DNA from: an uncultured Acidobacteriota bacterium
GTDB taxonomy: Bacteria > Acidobacteriota > Terriglobia > Acidiferrales > UBA7541
NCBI GenBank assembly: GCA_963721825.1
Contig: CAVRLE010000005.1
Coordinates: 272,757 to 336,756 of the forward strand
Length of the DNA: 64,000 nucleotides
Direction: 5' to 3'
Shown here: positions 17,974 through 27,670 of the stretch, piece by piece
How positions within the stretch are numbered: position 1 is the first letter of the stretch
Layout: every line of letters begins with the position of its first letter
Translations under genes and position numbers: made by a program
The notes under the pieces: model-generated
What the model was told of the DNA's origin: nothing
What the model saw: only the letters and a program-made list of their open reading frames with translations
Databases searched by the model: none

Positions 17974-19488
17974 ATGTGCAGATTCTTTGTTGCGTGCGTT
18001 CTGGTCGCCAGTCTTGGTGCGGCTACGGCCAACGCGCAAATGGTAGTGCAAAGAGCAAGGCTTGGCAACAACAGCGAGGCCATAACGGCGATTCACCAGG
18101 GGCCGCTCGCCGGAGACATCGCCATCATGGATGGGATCGACGTGCGTGTCTTCACCAACGACGGCCTGGGTACTGCGCCAATCCAGAATCTGTTCAAGAT
18201 TCTTGGGCTGGGAGTAGCTAGCGGGCCGCACGGCATCGCATACAATGATGCGCAGCAGCGGTTTATCTTCAACGACGCGCTCCAACCTAACACCCTTTTC
18301 CTATCCGACAATCAGGGCAACGCACAGGGAACAATCACAGTCAACTTTCCCGCGGGATTCACACCCGATAACGTGGAGGGACTTGTGTTCCTACCTCGCG
18401 GAGCCGCCCGTTTCCCCAATCGGATCGTCGAGGTCGTCAACAGCTTCGGCCCCAGCGTAGTATCACGTCTCGAAGTGATTGACCCTGGCAGCGGGAACGT
18501 GGTTGCGGAGATTTTGCCGCAAATCTTCGCGGCTGACCAAGGCGATATCGTCACGGGCCTTGGCTTTCAAGCCCCGAACCATTTCCTCGTCGGGACGGGG
18601 CACGGCTCCCTCTGGCAGATTGATTTCTCCGGCAATCCGACGGCTGGTCCGTTTACCCCTCTCGGCGCAGGTGTCGAGGACCTCGAAGGAATCGCCCAAC
18701 TCGACGGCAACCGCATCGCCATAGCGGGCTACGACACTGGCAAGGTGTCGTTCCTCGATGGGGATCTGAATCTGCTCGTAGGACAGGACCGCAGCGATCT
18801 GCTCGGCTTCGGGCTCGGAACCGCGCGCGGGGTGGCGTGGGACCGCGATACGGACAGCCACCTTGTGAGCTTTAGACAGGGCAACTCCGTTAAATCAGCC
18901 CCCGCCCAGGTGATTTCCCTAGCGCCTTCGCTCGAGACAGAGGGCCACGTGGTGGACCTTACAGGTGTACCACAGGCCGCGCTCGCCTATCTCAGCAATG
19001 AGCACCTCATAGCTGTCTCCGAAGACTTCTGCGAACTGAACTGCTCGATTCTGCTGTACAACAACAGCGGCAACCTCGTGGACCGGGTCCCGGTGAGATT
19101 TAATCTTCTGGCGATGGACTTTATTCCGACCCGGAAAGTCTTCGTGGCGCGCCGCCGTTCGGAGCCAACAACGCTGGTCTTCTTTTCACGGGCGGGCGCG
19201 CTGCTGAACTCAATTGACCTAACATCTACCGGAATTGACCAAATCCGGGCCATCGCGTTCTTCAACCCGAATGATCCGACTGGCGGGAATTTTCTGATTT
19301 CCAGCAGCGGCGCAACCCACCAGATGTTCGTCATCGATTCCACCGGAGCCGTGCGAGCGCAGTTCGATTACCAGGCGAAGCTGGGGGTTGTCGGTGCCGG
19401 AGAGCTGGCCCAGATCACGAGCGGGCCACTCCGGGGCGCGTTTAGTTTGATCGATTCGGGCGAAATTGTGATTTTTCAGCTGCCTTGA
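17974..19488 (+). CDS. secreted hypothetical protein (repeat/beta-propeller-like)
   Basis: GGAGG SD. Signal peptide MCRFFVACVLVASLGAATANAQ. Beta-rich composition. No family recognised. Confidence 0.75.
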   Translation: MCRFFVACVLVASLGAATANAQMVVQRARLGNNSEAITAIHQGPLAGDIAIMDGIDVRVFTNDGLGTAPIQNLFKILGLGVASGPHGIAYNDAQQRFIFNDALQPNTLFLSDNQGNAQGTITVNFPAGFTPDNVEGLVFLPRGAARFPNRIVEVVNSFGPSVVSRLEVIDPGSGNVVAEILPQIFAADQGDIVTGLGFQAPNHFLVGTGHGSLWQIDFSGNPTAGPFTPLGAGVEDLEGIAQLDGNRIAIAGYDTGKVSFLDGDLNLLVGQDRSDLLGFGLGTARGVAWDRDTDSHLVSFRQGNSVKSAPAQVISLAPSLETEGHVVDLTGVPQAALAYLSNEHLIAVSEDFCELNCSILLYNNSGNLVDRVPVRFNLLAMDFIPTRKVFVARRRSEPTTLVFFSRAGALLNSIDLTSTGIDQIRAIAFFNPNDPTGGNFLISSSGATHQMFVIDSTGAVRAQFDYQAKLGVVGAGELAQITSGPLRGAFSLIDSGEIVIFQLP

Positions 19489-19677
19489 GAGGCCTGCTAG
19501 CAGTGGCAGGAGTATTTTTTGCCTGTGCAGATTCAGCAGGGCACGGATTGAGCGAAGCGTTCTCGCCACTGAGCAGCTATCACATTCCTCGATGCAACTG
19601 CCTCTCTAGGCTCCTGCAACCTTGAGGTCTGCGGAATCGTAGCGGCGGATCCCGATGCAGGTTGGGGGTCACACCAC

Positions 19678-22083
19678 ATGAGAAGAGCCGATACCTTGCA
19701 CGACTGGGCCGAAATCATTGCTTTGGTGGCATTGGGATGTCTCAGCACGGCAATTCTGTCTGGCTGCGGAGACGGTACAAGCACGCCACCGCCGGTGCTC
19801 TCGATCAGTTTTAGTGGCGGCAACTCGCAAACCGTCGTACAGGGCCAGTCCGTCACCATTGCAGCGATCATCCAGAATGATCCGTCGGCACAAGGCGTAA
19901 CCTGGAAACTCACTGGGCCGGGCGCTCTGAGCAAGCAGACCACCATGTCCGTCGAGTACGACGCGCCGGCCAGCGTGGCGAGCAATGTGACCGCGATGAT
20001 CACCGCCACCGCCATCGCCGACCCGACCAAGTCAGCTCCGTTTACAGTTACCATTACCCCACCAACACTGATATCGGTGTCCCTTTCGGCCACGACTGCC
20101 ACCGTTGCGGTGAGCACTTCTGTAATGTTTACGGCCGCAGTTCGGAATGATTCTGCAAATGGGGGCGTCACCTGGAATCTCACGCAGGGCGGAACAGCAT
20201 GTTCGCCGGGTTGTGGTTCAGTGGCGCCCACAAGCACGCCGAGCAACGCTCCCGTCACCTACACCGCACCTGCGACAGTGCCCACGAACCCCACTCTCAC
20301 ACTCACTGCGACTTCGATGTCCGACCCATCTAAGTCGGCTTTGGCCACAGTGACCATTGTTCCGCCATCTATCAGGGTTTCCGTTTCCCCCTCCTCGGTC
20401 CTCTTGGGGGTGAATGCTTCGCAGCAGTTTACAGCCACAGTTCAGAATGATCCCGCGAACAGGGGTGTCATCTGGACACTCAATCAAAGTGGAACCGTGT
20501 GTTCGGCGGGGTGCGGCACGCTTTCAGTCACAAGCTCGGCGAGCGGGATGCCGATTACCTACACGGCGCCCGCGACGGTGCCAGCTGACCCCGTAGTCTC
20601 GATCATAGCGACTCCGGCAGCCGACACGACCGCGGCGATCGGCACTTCGATAACGATCACGGTTGGCACCGTGAAGCTCGCTCCAGCCGGCCTGCAATTT
20701 GGCACCGTGCTTGTCGGCACGCCCAGCCCACCACAGACAACGACGCTGACGAACGCAGGGAACAAAACACTGAGTATCACCGGCATCACCATCCCGGTGG
20801 GCCCGCACCAGGGAGACTGGTCTCAGACGAATACTTGTGGTCCGAACATCGCGACCGGGCAATCCTGCACGATTACCGTGATCTTCAAGCCGACGGCAAC
20901 TGGCATCAGAGGCACCACTGTCTCCATCAGCGACGACAGCGCCGACAGCCCCCAACAGGTGCCCTTGTCAGGTAAGGGGCACAGCCCAACGGCCGCAGCG
21001 CTGCGTCGGTCCGCTTTGACCACGTACCAAACGGTAGCCGTGCCCAGCCCAACAGGACCTAGCCCTGTAGGGACGAGGGTGATGGACATGGTTGACTCCA
21101 CACGCGACGATCCCTTCCTGGCGAACGGCACCAAACGAGAGCTGCTGGTGCGGTTCTGGTATCCTGCGTCTCTCAGTCAGGCGTGCCAGCCAGCCCAATA
21201 CGCCTCGCCGAAGATTTGGAGCTATTTTTCTCAGCTCGTGGAAATGCGGCTTCCCGAAGTCAAAACAAACAGTTGCTGGGATGCTCCTATCACAGATGCT
21301 GCACATCCTGTAGTCGTTTTTACACCAGGATATACCGCGACCTTTACCGATTACACGTTTCTCTTTGAAGATCTTGCCAGCCGGGGTTACGTCGTTGCCT
21401 CGGTGGATCACACTTACGAGGCGACAGCCGTTGAGTTTCCCGATGGGCGGTTTATCGAGTCGGTTTTTGGAAGCCATCTCGTGGATACATTGCGAGGTGA
21501 CGAACAAGCGCTTTCTTTCGCCGTATCGGTGCGGTTGGAGGACTTGAAATTCGTCGTCAGTGCTCTGGAGGGACTGAATGCCCGGTCGGACAGTCCGTTC
21601 GACGGTAAGCTGGACACGTCCCGCCTTGCCCTGGCGGGTCATTCCTTGGGGGGACTGACCGCAATCCTCGGAGTTGAACAAGCGCCACACTTCAAGGCCG
21701 CCGTTGTGATCGACGGTGTCTTGCCGGATGACTTGGCGAGAGAGATAGAGACACCGGTCCTCATGCTCATTGCAGGGAGCGACAACTGGAGTGAGAGTCG
21801 GTGCCGATTGGGAAGCCATTTGCGTGGACCTCAATTCGTTGTGAATTTCCCTGGCGGCGAGCACGTGATGCCGTCCGATGCGGTATGGTTGGCGAAGGGT
21901 GTGATCAAGACCGGCAATATGGGCCCGGAGAAAACCATTGCGGCGGTGCGAGACTACATCGCGGCATTTCTTGACACGAATCTTCGGGGTAAACGCGGGA
22001 ACACTTCGCTGCTCGGTCCGTCTGCGGAATACCCCGATGCAATCGTAACCACGCAGACGCATTTATTGTGTGATGCACCATAA
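19678..22083 (+). CDS. lipoprotein with Ig-like repeats and a C-terminal alpha/beta-hydrolase (PAF-acetylhydrolase-like lipase/esterase)
   Basis: Lipobox ILSGC. Three to four repeats of about 95 aa (GVTW(K/N)LT...C(S)(P/A)GCG(S/T)...YTAPATVP). A choice-of-anchor/ASH-like segment (FGTVLVGTPSPPQTTTLTNAGNKTLSITGI). Hydrolase part VVVFTPGYTATFTDYTFLFEDLASRGYVVASVDH with the nucleophile elbow GHSLGG. Confidence 0.85.
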   Translation: MRRADTLHDWAEIIALVALGCLSTAILSGCGDGTSTPPPVLSISFSGGNSQTVVQGQSVTIAAIIQNDPSAQGVTWKLTGPGALSKQTTMSVEYDAPASVASNVTAMITATAIADPTKSAPFTVTITPPTLISVSLSATTATVAVSTSVMFTAAVRNDSANGGVTWNLTQGGTACSPGCGSVAPTSTPSNAPVTYTAPATVPTNPTLTLTATSMSDPSKSALATVTIVPPSIRVSVSPSSVLLGVNASQQFTATVQNDPANRGVIWTLNQSGTVCSAGCGTLSVTSSASGMPITYTAPATVPADPVVSIIATPAADTTAAIGTSITITVGTVKLAPAGLQFGTVLVGTPSPPQTTTLTNAGNKTLSITGITIPVGPHQGDWSQTNTCGPNIATGQSCTITVIFKPTATGIRGTTVSISDDSADSPQQVPLSGKGHSPTAAALRRSALTTYQTVAVPSPTGPSPVGTRVMDMVDSTRDDPFLANGTKRELLVRFWYPASLSQACQPAQYASPKIWSYFSQLVEMRLPEVKTNSCWDAPITDAAHPVVVFTPGYTATFTDYTFLFEDLASRGYVVASVDHTYEATAVEFPDGRFIESVFGSHLVDTLRGDEQALSFAVSVRLEDLKFVVSALEGLNARSDSPFDGKLDTSRLALAGHSLGGLTAILGVEQAPHFKAAVVIDGVLPDDLAREIETPVLMLIAGSDNWSESRCRLGSHLRGPQFVVNFPGGEHVMPSDAVWLAKGVIKTGNMGPEKTIAAVRDYIAAFLDTNLRGKRGNTSLLGPSAEYPDAIVTTQTHLLCDAP

Positions 22084-22152
22084 CGAGATTCGGCAACACC
22101 CCAGGTAGAGGCACCGGATTGCGCGAGAAGGATTCCTTTCCTGCGCGCATTC

Positions 22153-22482
22153 TCATTTCGCGGCCTCGTATGCACGGTTGAGCCACCACACCGCGTCACG
22201 CATGTCGTCCGCTGCTTCCAGCTCGAAGGAGTACCACCTTACGTCCGGTGTCTGTCTTTCCGAGCTAATGCGCGGGTCTTTTCTGGCACGCCGCAATAGC
22301 GCCGGTGGCATGGGATCGAACTTAAAGATAAACGAGTCGGGAGTGCTCAGCGCGCGCGTGCGCGGCAGCGCCGCGAAGATGACGCCATTGTGATAGAAGC
22401 TGACTAGCCCGAACATCGGTCGCCACGTGACGTGCGGCCAGCTACTTACCTCATGTTCCAGCATGCCCGACCACTGCCGCAT
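22153..22482 (-). CDS. hypothetical protein, TfoX-N/YjbR-like fold suspected
   Basis: WRPMFGLVSFYHNGVIFAAL...FIFKF resembles the MFGG...F motif of the TfoX N-terminal domain. Start is uncertain; the ORF is open to 22650. Confidence 0.5.
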   Translation of the reverse strand: MRQWSGMLEHEVSSWPHVTWRPMFGLVSFYHNGVIFAALPRTRALSTPDSFIFKFDPMPPALLRRARKDPRISSERQTPDVRWYSFELEAADDMRDAVWWLNRAYEAAK

Positions 22483-22928
22483 CTCCTCCGAGATACGGAG
22501 CAGCTTCGGCCGTTTGGAGATGGTCGATCTTGCTTTAATGGACGAACGCCTCGGCGTGTTTAGCCTCCTGACACCCCACAGTGAATCGTAACACCCTCTT
22601 TCGAACTGTTTACACGGGAGCGGGAGCCGGCCGGGAGCCCGGCCGAACAACAGGTATTCAGGCTCGAATCACGCCGGAGTCCTTTGGGTTTCGCGCGGAT
22701 CGGTTCGGGCGTCGCGAGCTGCTCCAGGGATGGCCGCTAGCTCATGTCAAAACCGTGCAGAAGGTTTTTCGGCCCTTCAACCAGACCAGGTACTTATGGA
22801 GTCAAGAATTGGTTAAACTGAGGGAGTTCTGCAACCACCTGTCTAATCCCAGGAGTTCTGAAATCGTCCTCTAGGGCGAGCCCTCGACTACCGAGTACGG
22901 GAGTCGGCTCGAGGGCATTTTGCATCGC

Positions 22929-23549
22929 TTAGCGCAGGTATTTAATCAGGATCACCTCGTTCTGTGCTTCGTTGTAGAGCAATTCGTCGGCGATTGCACG
23001 GGCCATGGCAATGCCGAATCCACCTGGGCGCATGCCGAGTTGATCACGGACAACGGCCACGCGCGCGATGGACTCTGCCGAAGTCTCGTGAACAGCAGCG
23101 TGGTAAAGACCTTCGAAACTGAACCCTGGGCCGGGGTCCCCCACGCGATACAGCAGCATCCGCGCGTAACGCATGCGGGCAACGCGTACTTTCTGCTTGG
23201 GATCGAGCTTTCCTCCCCACTCTACCGCATTGAGAAGCAGCTCCCGCAACGCCTGCCTAATTGAATTAATCAGCTCATGCGGAAGATCCGCCTCCAGCTT
23301 TGCGACAAATGCTTGAGTAATTTCGGCGGCTTCTGGCGTGCATGAAATTAGCAGTTCCACCCAATTGGGCACAGCGGAAATTACTTCAATCGACGGAGAA
23401 GCGGCACTGACAAGGCGCGGCGTAAGGTCGTTGTCAAGAAGAGGAGCTTCGTCCGCGGAGGCAGTCATCGTGGCAACTGGAGCAGACATGGGCCGCTGCA
23501 CTGTCACTCTCGCGTGTTGCAGGCGAGTTACCGCGGAATGAATAAACAA
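22929..23549 (-). CDS. HATPase_c_2 anti-sigma-factor-type serine kinase-like ATPase (RsbW/SpoIIAB-like)
   Basis: LRELLLNAVEWGG (N-box), YRVGDPGPGF (G1) and GGFGIAMARAIADELLYNEAQNEVILIKYL (G2). No anti-anti-sigma or sigma gene lies adjacent. Confidence 0.8.
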   Translation of the reverse strand: MFIHSAVTRLQHARVTVQRPMSAPVATMTASADEAPLLDNDLTPRLVSAASPSIEVISAVPNWVELLISCTPEAAEITQAFVAKLEADLPHELINSIRQALRELLLNAVEWGGKLDPKQKVRVARMRYARMLLYRVGDPGPGFSFEGLYHAAVHETSAESIARVAVVRDQLGMRPGGFGIAMARAIADELLYNEAQNEVILIKYLR

Positions 23550-23635
23550 GTGTCATGCGCTATGGGTGTTCCACAGTCCAATCGGGACTCCTCTTAGATT
23601 TCTCCTCCGCTTCATGGTAGGGTAGAGCGTTGAAA

Positions 23636-24424
23636 ATGCTTGGTTATTCACTGAAGTTGCAGCTCCGCCGCTCTCCTCACCACCGCAAGCACAAGCGCTC
23701 CAGAAAAGCAGTGGCGCGGATTCGAACGCTGATAGCCGCGAGCATCTTCGCGAGTTCGTTGTCTATTTCTGCGCGCGCACAACAGGCTCCTCCTGCGGAG
23801 ACGCCTGTGGTTGTGCAGCCCGGTGCACCGGGGAAGCCAAGTAAGACGCTGCCGTCTTCGACGAGGGCCACGTTGCTGCAACCGTCGCAGGCGGACGTGG
23901 AGTTCATGCAGGGCATGATCATGCATCATGCGCAGGCCATAGAAATGACGGCGCTAATTTCGTCGCACACGGAGAACAAGGATTTGCGGTCGCTCGGTGC
24001 GCGAATCAGCAGTTCGCAGGCGGACGAGATCAAATTCATGAAGAGGTGGCTGGCAACTCGGGGAGAACCGATTTCCATGGCGATGCCCGACACACCCGAT
24101 CCGAAAATGCCAGGCATGGACAAGCACATGGATCATCCGGCGCATCCGATGGCTCTTATGCCTGGAATGCTAACGCCTGAGCAGATGGACGCCCTGCGGG
24201 AGGCAAAGGGGGCGGAGTTCGACCACCTGTTCTTGACAGGGATGATTCAGCATCATAATGGTGCGCTAATTATGGTGAAGGATTTGTTCGATACGGCTGG
24301 CGCGGGGCAGGATGCCGAATTGTTCAACTTCGCCACGGATGCGGACAATACTCAACGAGCCGAAATCAGAATTATGCAGTCTATGTTGGAGAAGAATCCG
24401 TCGGAGCCAGAGAAGAAACCCTGA
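23636..24424 (+). CDS. DUF305 (ferritin-like four-helix) secreted protein
   Basis: Duplicated DUF305 signature FMQGMIMHHAQAIEM and FLTGMIQHHNGALIM. Has a signal/TM segment. Confidence 0.85.
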   Translation: MLGYSLKLQLRRSPHHRKHKRSRKAVARIRTLIAASIFASSLSISARAQQAPPAETPVVVQPGAPGKPSKTLPSSTRATLLQPSQADVEFMQGMIMHHAQAIEMTALISSHTENKDLRSLGARISSSQADEIKFMKRWLATRGEPISMAMPDTPDPKMPGMDKHMDHPAHPMALMPGMLTPEQMDALREAKGAEFDHLFLTGMIQHHNGALIMVKDLFDTAGAGQDAELFNFATDADNTQRAEIRIMQSMLEKNPSEPEKKP

Positions 24425-24435
24425 GAGGAGAAACG

Positions 24436-26523
24436 ATGAACCAAGTACAGCGTGTCAGTTTGAGTCTGGTCTCCGTGGCCGTGGCCGCGATTCTTTTTTT
24501 GTGTCCTCGCGTGAGCGCGAAGCAGGAGAAAGCTCCTGCGCCACAAGCGCCCACGTCGCAAGCGACCTCGCCCCAATCATCGGCGTCTCAATCTCCGGCT
24601 CAAGCGCAGGACGATGACGACGACAAGAATCCGTTTGCGCCGGAGCCGGCCGCGCCGCTGCCGGCGGGAATGACGGGATCGAATCCAAGCGATCCGCGCG
24701 CAACGCTGGCACCGGGACTCTACGAGGCCGGTGAAACGTCGATGGGACTGAAGCACCTCCTGCTACTCAAAAAGCCTGACGCGTTTCAGTTGGGAGTTAC
24801 TGACGCTGATGATCCGAAGGTGGCCAAGACGATTGGCCAGATGGGTATTCCAATTCCGCTTTCAAAGATCCCGAAGCCGTTGCAACTGGTGATTGCGCAG
24901 CTTGCGTTCTCAAACTCAGATCTTGCGTTTCAGGGTAATCACCTGTTTCAAGGAAACTTTTATGGCCTGAATATTTTTGACGTCTCAAATCCGGCCAAGG
25001 CCAGTTTGCTAACGACTATGGTGTGCCCGGGCGGGCAGGGCGACGTCTCGGTGTACGAAAATCTGTTGTTCATGTCCGTAGAAATGCCAAATGGACGCCT
25101 GGATTGCGGCACACAGGGGTTTCCTCCCGCGCCTCCGGAACCTCCGCCAGCCGCAGGTCAGGAAAAAGGCCAGAAAAAGGCGTTTCGCCCGCCGGCTGCG
25201 CAGAAAGACCGTTTCCGCGGTGTGAGGATCTTCGACATTTCGGACATCAAGAACCCGAAGCAAGTGGCAGCGGTGCAAACTTGTCGCGGCTCGCATACGC
25301 ACACGCTGGTGCTCGATCCAAACGATAAAAACAACGTCTACATCTACGTGTCCGGAACATCATTCGTTCGCCAGGCGGAAGAACTGGCCGGATGCTCGGG
25401 CGAAGCGCCGGACAAAGACCCGAATACGGCGCTGTTCCGCATCGACATAATCAAAGTCCCGGTGGCGGCGCCGCAAGACGCGAAAATCGTCTCGAGCCCT
25501 CGTTTGTTCATGGATGCGCGAACCGGGGCACTGAATGGCCTGAACAATGGCGGTAGCCACGGGAGCGAAAAAGAGAAGAAGCCGGCGGACACAGATCAGT
25601 GCCATGACATCACGGTGTATTCGGCAATTGGACTTGCGGCGGGCGCGTGTTCGGGCAATGGAATCCTTCTCGATATCAAAGACCCGGTGCACCCAAAGCG
25701 TGTGGATGCCGTGAACGATCCGAACTACTCCTATTGGCACTCGGCCTCGTTCTCGAATGATGGCAGCAAAGTCGTGTTCACCGACGAGTGGGGCGGAGGC
25801 CTCGGCGCGCGCTGCCGCGCGAACGACCCGAACAAATGGGGCGCAGACGCCATCTTCCATCTGAAGGACGACAAGCTCAGCCTAGCGAGCTATTACAAAC
25901 TGCCGGCGGCGCAGGCGGACACGGAGAATTGCGTAGCGCACAACGGCTCGCTGATTCCGGTTCCTGGCCGCGATATCGAAGTGCAGGCGTGGTATCAAGG
26001 CGGCATCTCCGTGATGGACTTCACCGACGCGGCCCACCCGATGGAGATTGCCTACTTCGATCGCGGCCCTATAGATCCGAACATGTTGGTGCTGGGCGGC
26101 TACTGGTCGGCGTATTGGTACAACGGCGACATCTACGGTTCGGAAATTGCTCGCGGCCTAGATGTTTTCGAACTGTCGCCGTCGAAATTCCTCACCCAGA
26201 ACGAAATCGACGCGGCGAAGACGGTCCAGGTAGCCACGCTCAACGTGCAGAACCAGCAGAAGATCGAGTGGACCGCAAAGTTGGTTGTCGCGAAAGCCTA
26301 TATAGATCAGCTCGCGCGCTCGCAAGCTCTGCCGGCAGACAGGATCTCGGCTCTGCAGAAAGCGATCCAAAACGCGGAGACTTCGCACATGAGCAAGAGC
26401 AACGTCGCTAAGTTAAAGCGCATGGCGCCATCCTTGGAGAAGGATGCCGCCACGGCGAAAAGTCCGGCGGATGCCAAGCGGCTGGATGCCCTGGCGCAAA
26501 TCCTGAAGAATCCGTCAGCCTGA
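24436..26523 (+). CDS. LVIVD-repeat beta-propeller secreted protein
   Basis: GGAG SD and a signal peptide. FQGNHLFQGNFYGLNIFDVSNPAKASLL, GVRIFDISDIKNPKQVA and GILLDIKDPVHPKRV repeats are typical of the LVIVD family. It starts 12 nt after the DUF305 gene. Confidence 0.85.
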   Translation: MNQVQRVSLSLVSVAVAAILFLCPRVSAKQEKAPAPQAPTSQATSPQSSASQSPAQAQDDDDDKNPFAPEPAAPLPAGMTGSNPSDPRATLAPGLYEAGETSMGLKHLLLLKKPDAFQLGVTDADDPKVAKTIGQMGIPIPLSKIPKPLQLVIAQLAFSNSDLAFQGNHLFQGNFYGLNIFDVSNPAKASLLTTMVCPGGQGDVSVYENLLFMSVEMPNGRLDCGTQGFPPAPPEPPPAAGQEKGQKKAFRPPAAQKDRFRGVRIFDISDIKNPKQVAAVQTCRGSHTHTLVLDPNDKNNVYIYVSGTSFVRQAEELAGCSGEAPDKDPNTALFRIDIIKVPVAAPQDAKIVSSPRLFMDARTGALNGLNNGGSHGSEKEKKPADTDQCHDITVYSAIGLAAGACSGNGILLDIKDPVHPKRVDAVNDPNYSYWHSASFSNDGSKVVFTDEWGGGLGARCRANDPNKWGADAIFHLKDDKLSLASYYKLPAAQADTENCVAHNGSLIPVPGRDIEVQAWYQGGISVMDFTDAAHPMEIAYFDRGPIDPNMLVLGGYWSAYWYNGDIYGSEIARGLDVFELSPSKFLTQNEIDAAKTVQVATLNVQNQQKIEWTAKLVVAKAYIDQLARSQALPADRISALQKAIQNAETSHMSKSNVAKLKRMAPSLEKDAATAKSPADAKRLDALAQILKNPSA

Positions 26524-27010
26524 TCAACGATTCCAGGAATATTGGGAAGGGTTTCCGCGGACCAGAGCAGCCACGGGTCGCTGGGTCGGTCCTGATTCTA
26601 GCTAGATGAGTGTCCAGTTTTAGAGGGGAACACTACACTTCCCTGAATACGTACTTTGCCTTATATCGTACGTAGTATTTCTAGGGAGGCATTCATACTC
26701 CCCGCCGTTGTCAAGTTCCGGCTCCCGTTTTTATTTTTTCGATGCATCCTTCTCGGACCTTGGAGCTTCTATCGTATAGAAATGAGTCTACGTATAGGGT
26801 AAGCTTAAATTGTTGTTCGATATTTTGCGTCGCGTATTCTAAAGCAGTGCACACAAAGACTTGTTAATGATGCGGTCGATACGTTCAGCGACCTGCCCAA
26901 AAATAATCGCGGAACCCAGCCCAGAAAATCCTCGCTTCATCTTAAGTCATATGATAAACACATAACTTCATAATCGACACTACCCAGATCGTGTTGGACT
27001 GAGGGGGACC

Positions 27011-27670
27011 GTGGAACGAAAACTTCGAGTCCTCGTACTGTGCGAGAACCGGCTGGCGAGAGAATCGATTGCACGGATACTGGAGAAAAAGAGCGATATT
27101 CAAGTCGCCGCGGCGATGCCTGTAACAGCGATATCCAAAGAGGAGATTGCGGAATCTAGTGCGGATGTCGTTGTTCTTGATTCACTGCATCTGCTTTTGA
27201 ACGATCAAATGCCTATTTCAAAACGGGCCTCAGCTGAACATTCCACCAAGTTCATACTCATTGCGATGGCAGACGAACCCAAGCATTTCCTGAAAGCAAT
27301 CCGCTATGGCGCGGCGGGTTATGTTCTTCAAGATGCCTCGGCAGCTGATGTCGTCAGCGCAATTCGAGCTGTCGGTCGAGGAGAGGCGATCTGTCCACCG
27401 CAATATACCCGGGTCCTGTTTGATTACGTTGCCGTCCGGACGTCAGAGTTTTCAAGGAGCCGAGCGAAATCGAGCACCGGTCTTACGAGCCGCGAACAAC
27501 AGTTAGTCCCCCTAATCGAGCGTGGCCTCACGAACAAACAAATCGCGGCCAACTTAAATTTGTCCGAGCAGACCGTTAAGAATCACGTACATCGTATTCT
27601 TACAAAGCTTGGAGTGACCGACCGATTGGAAGTATCAGAAGCCTGCCAAGCTCAACTGCTTGGCATGTAG
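27011..27670 (+). CDS. LuxR/NarL-family regulator with degenerate receiver domain
   Basis: GTG start with GAGGGGG SD. C-terminal LTSREQQLVPLIERGLTNKQIAANLNLSEQTVKNHVHRILTKLGV. The receiver keeps the VVVLD Asp, but the acidic pair is CE and the conserved Lys position reads Q (GYVLQD). Confidence 0.85.
   Translation: MERKLRVLVLCENRLARESIARILEKKSDIQVAAAMPVTAISKEEIAESSADVVVLDSLHLLLNDQMPISKRASAEHSTKFILIAMADEPKHFLKAIRYGAAGYVLQDASAADVVSAIRAVGRGEAICPPQYTRVLFDYVAVRTSEFSRSRAKSSTGLTSREQQLVPLIERGLTNKQIAANLNLSEQTVKNHVHRILTKLGVTDRLEVSEACQAQLLGM

Noticed and set aside
22860-22925. Stem-loop gccctcga...tcgagggc followed by TTTT, and ORF 22581..22874
   Set aside because: The hairpin is real (8-bp stem). There is, however, no convincing plus-strand gene to terminate, and the ORF partly overlaps 22153..22650 in antisense. 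There is not enough evidence for an sRNA call.
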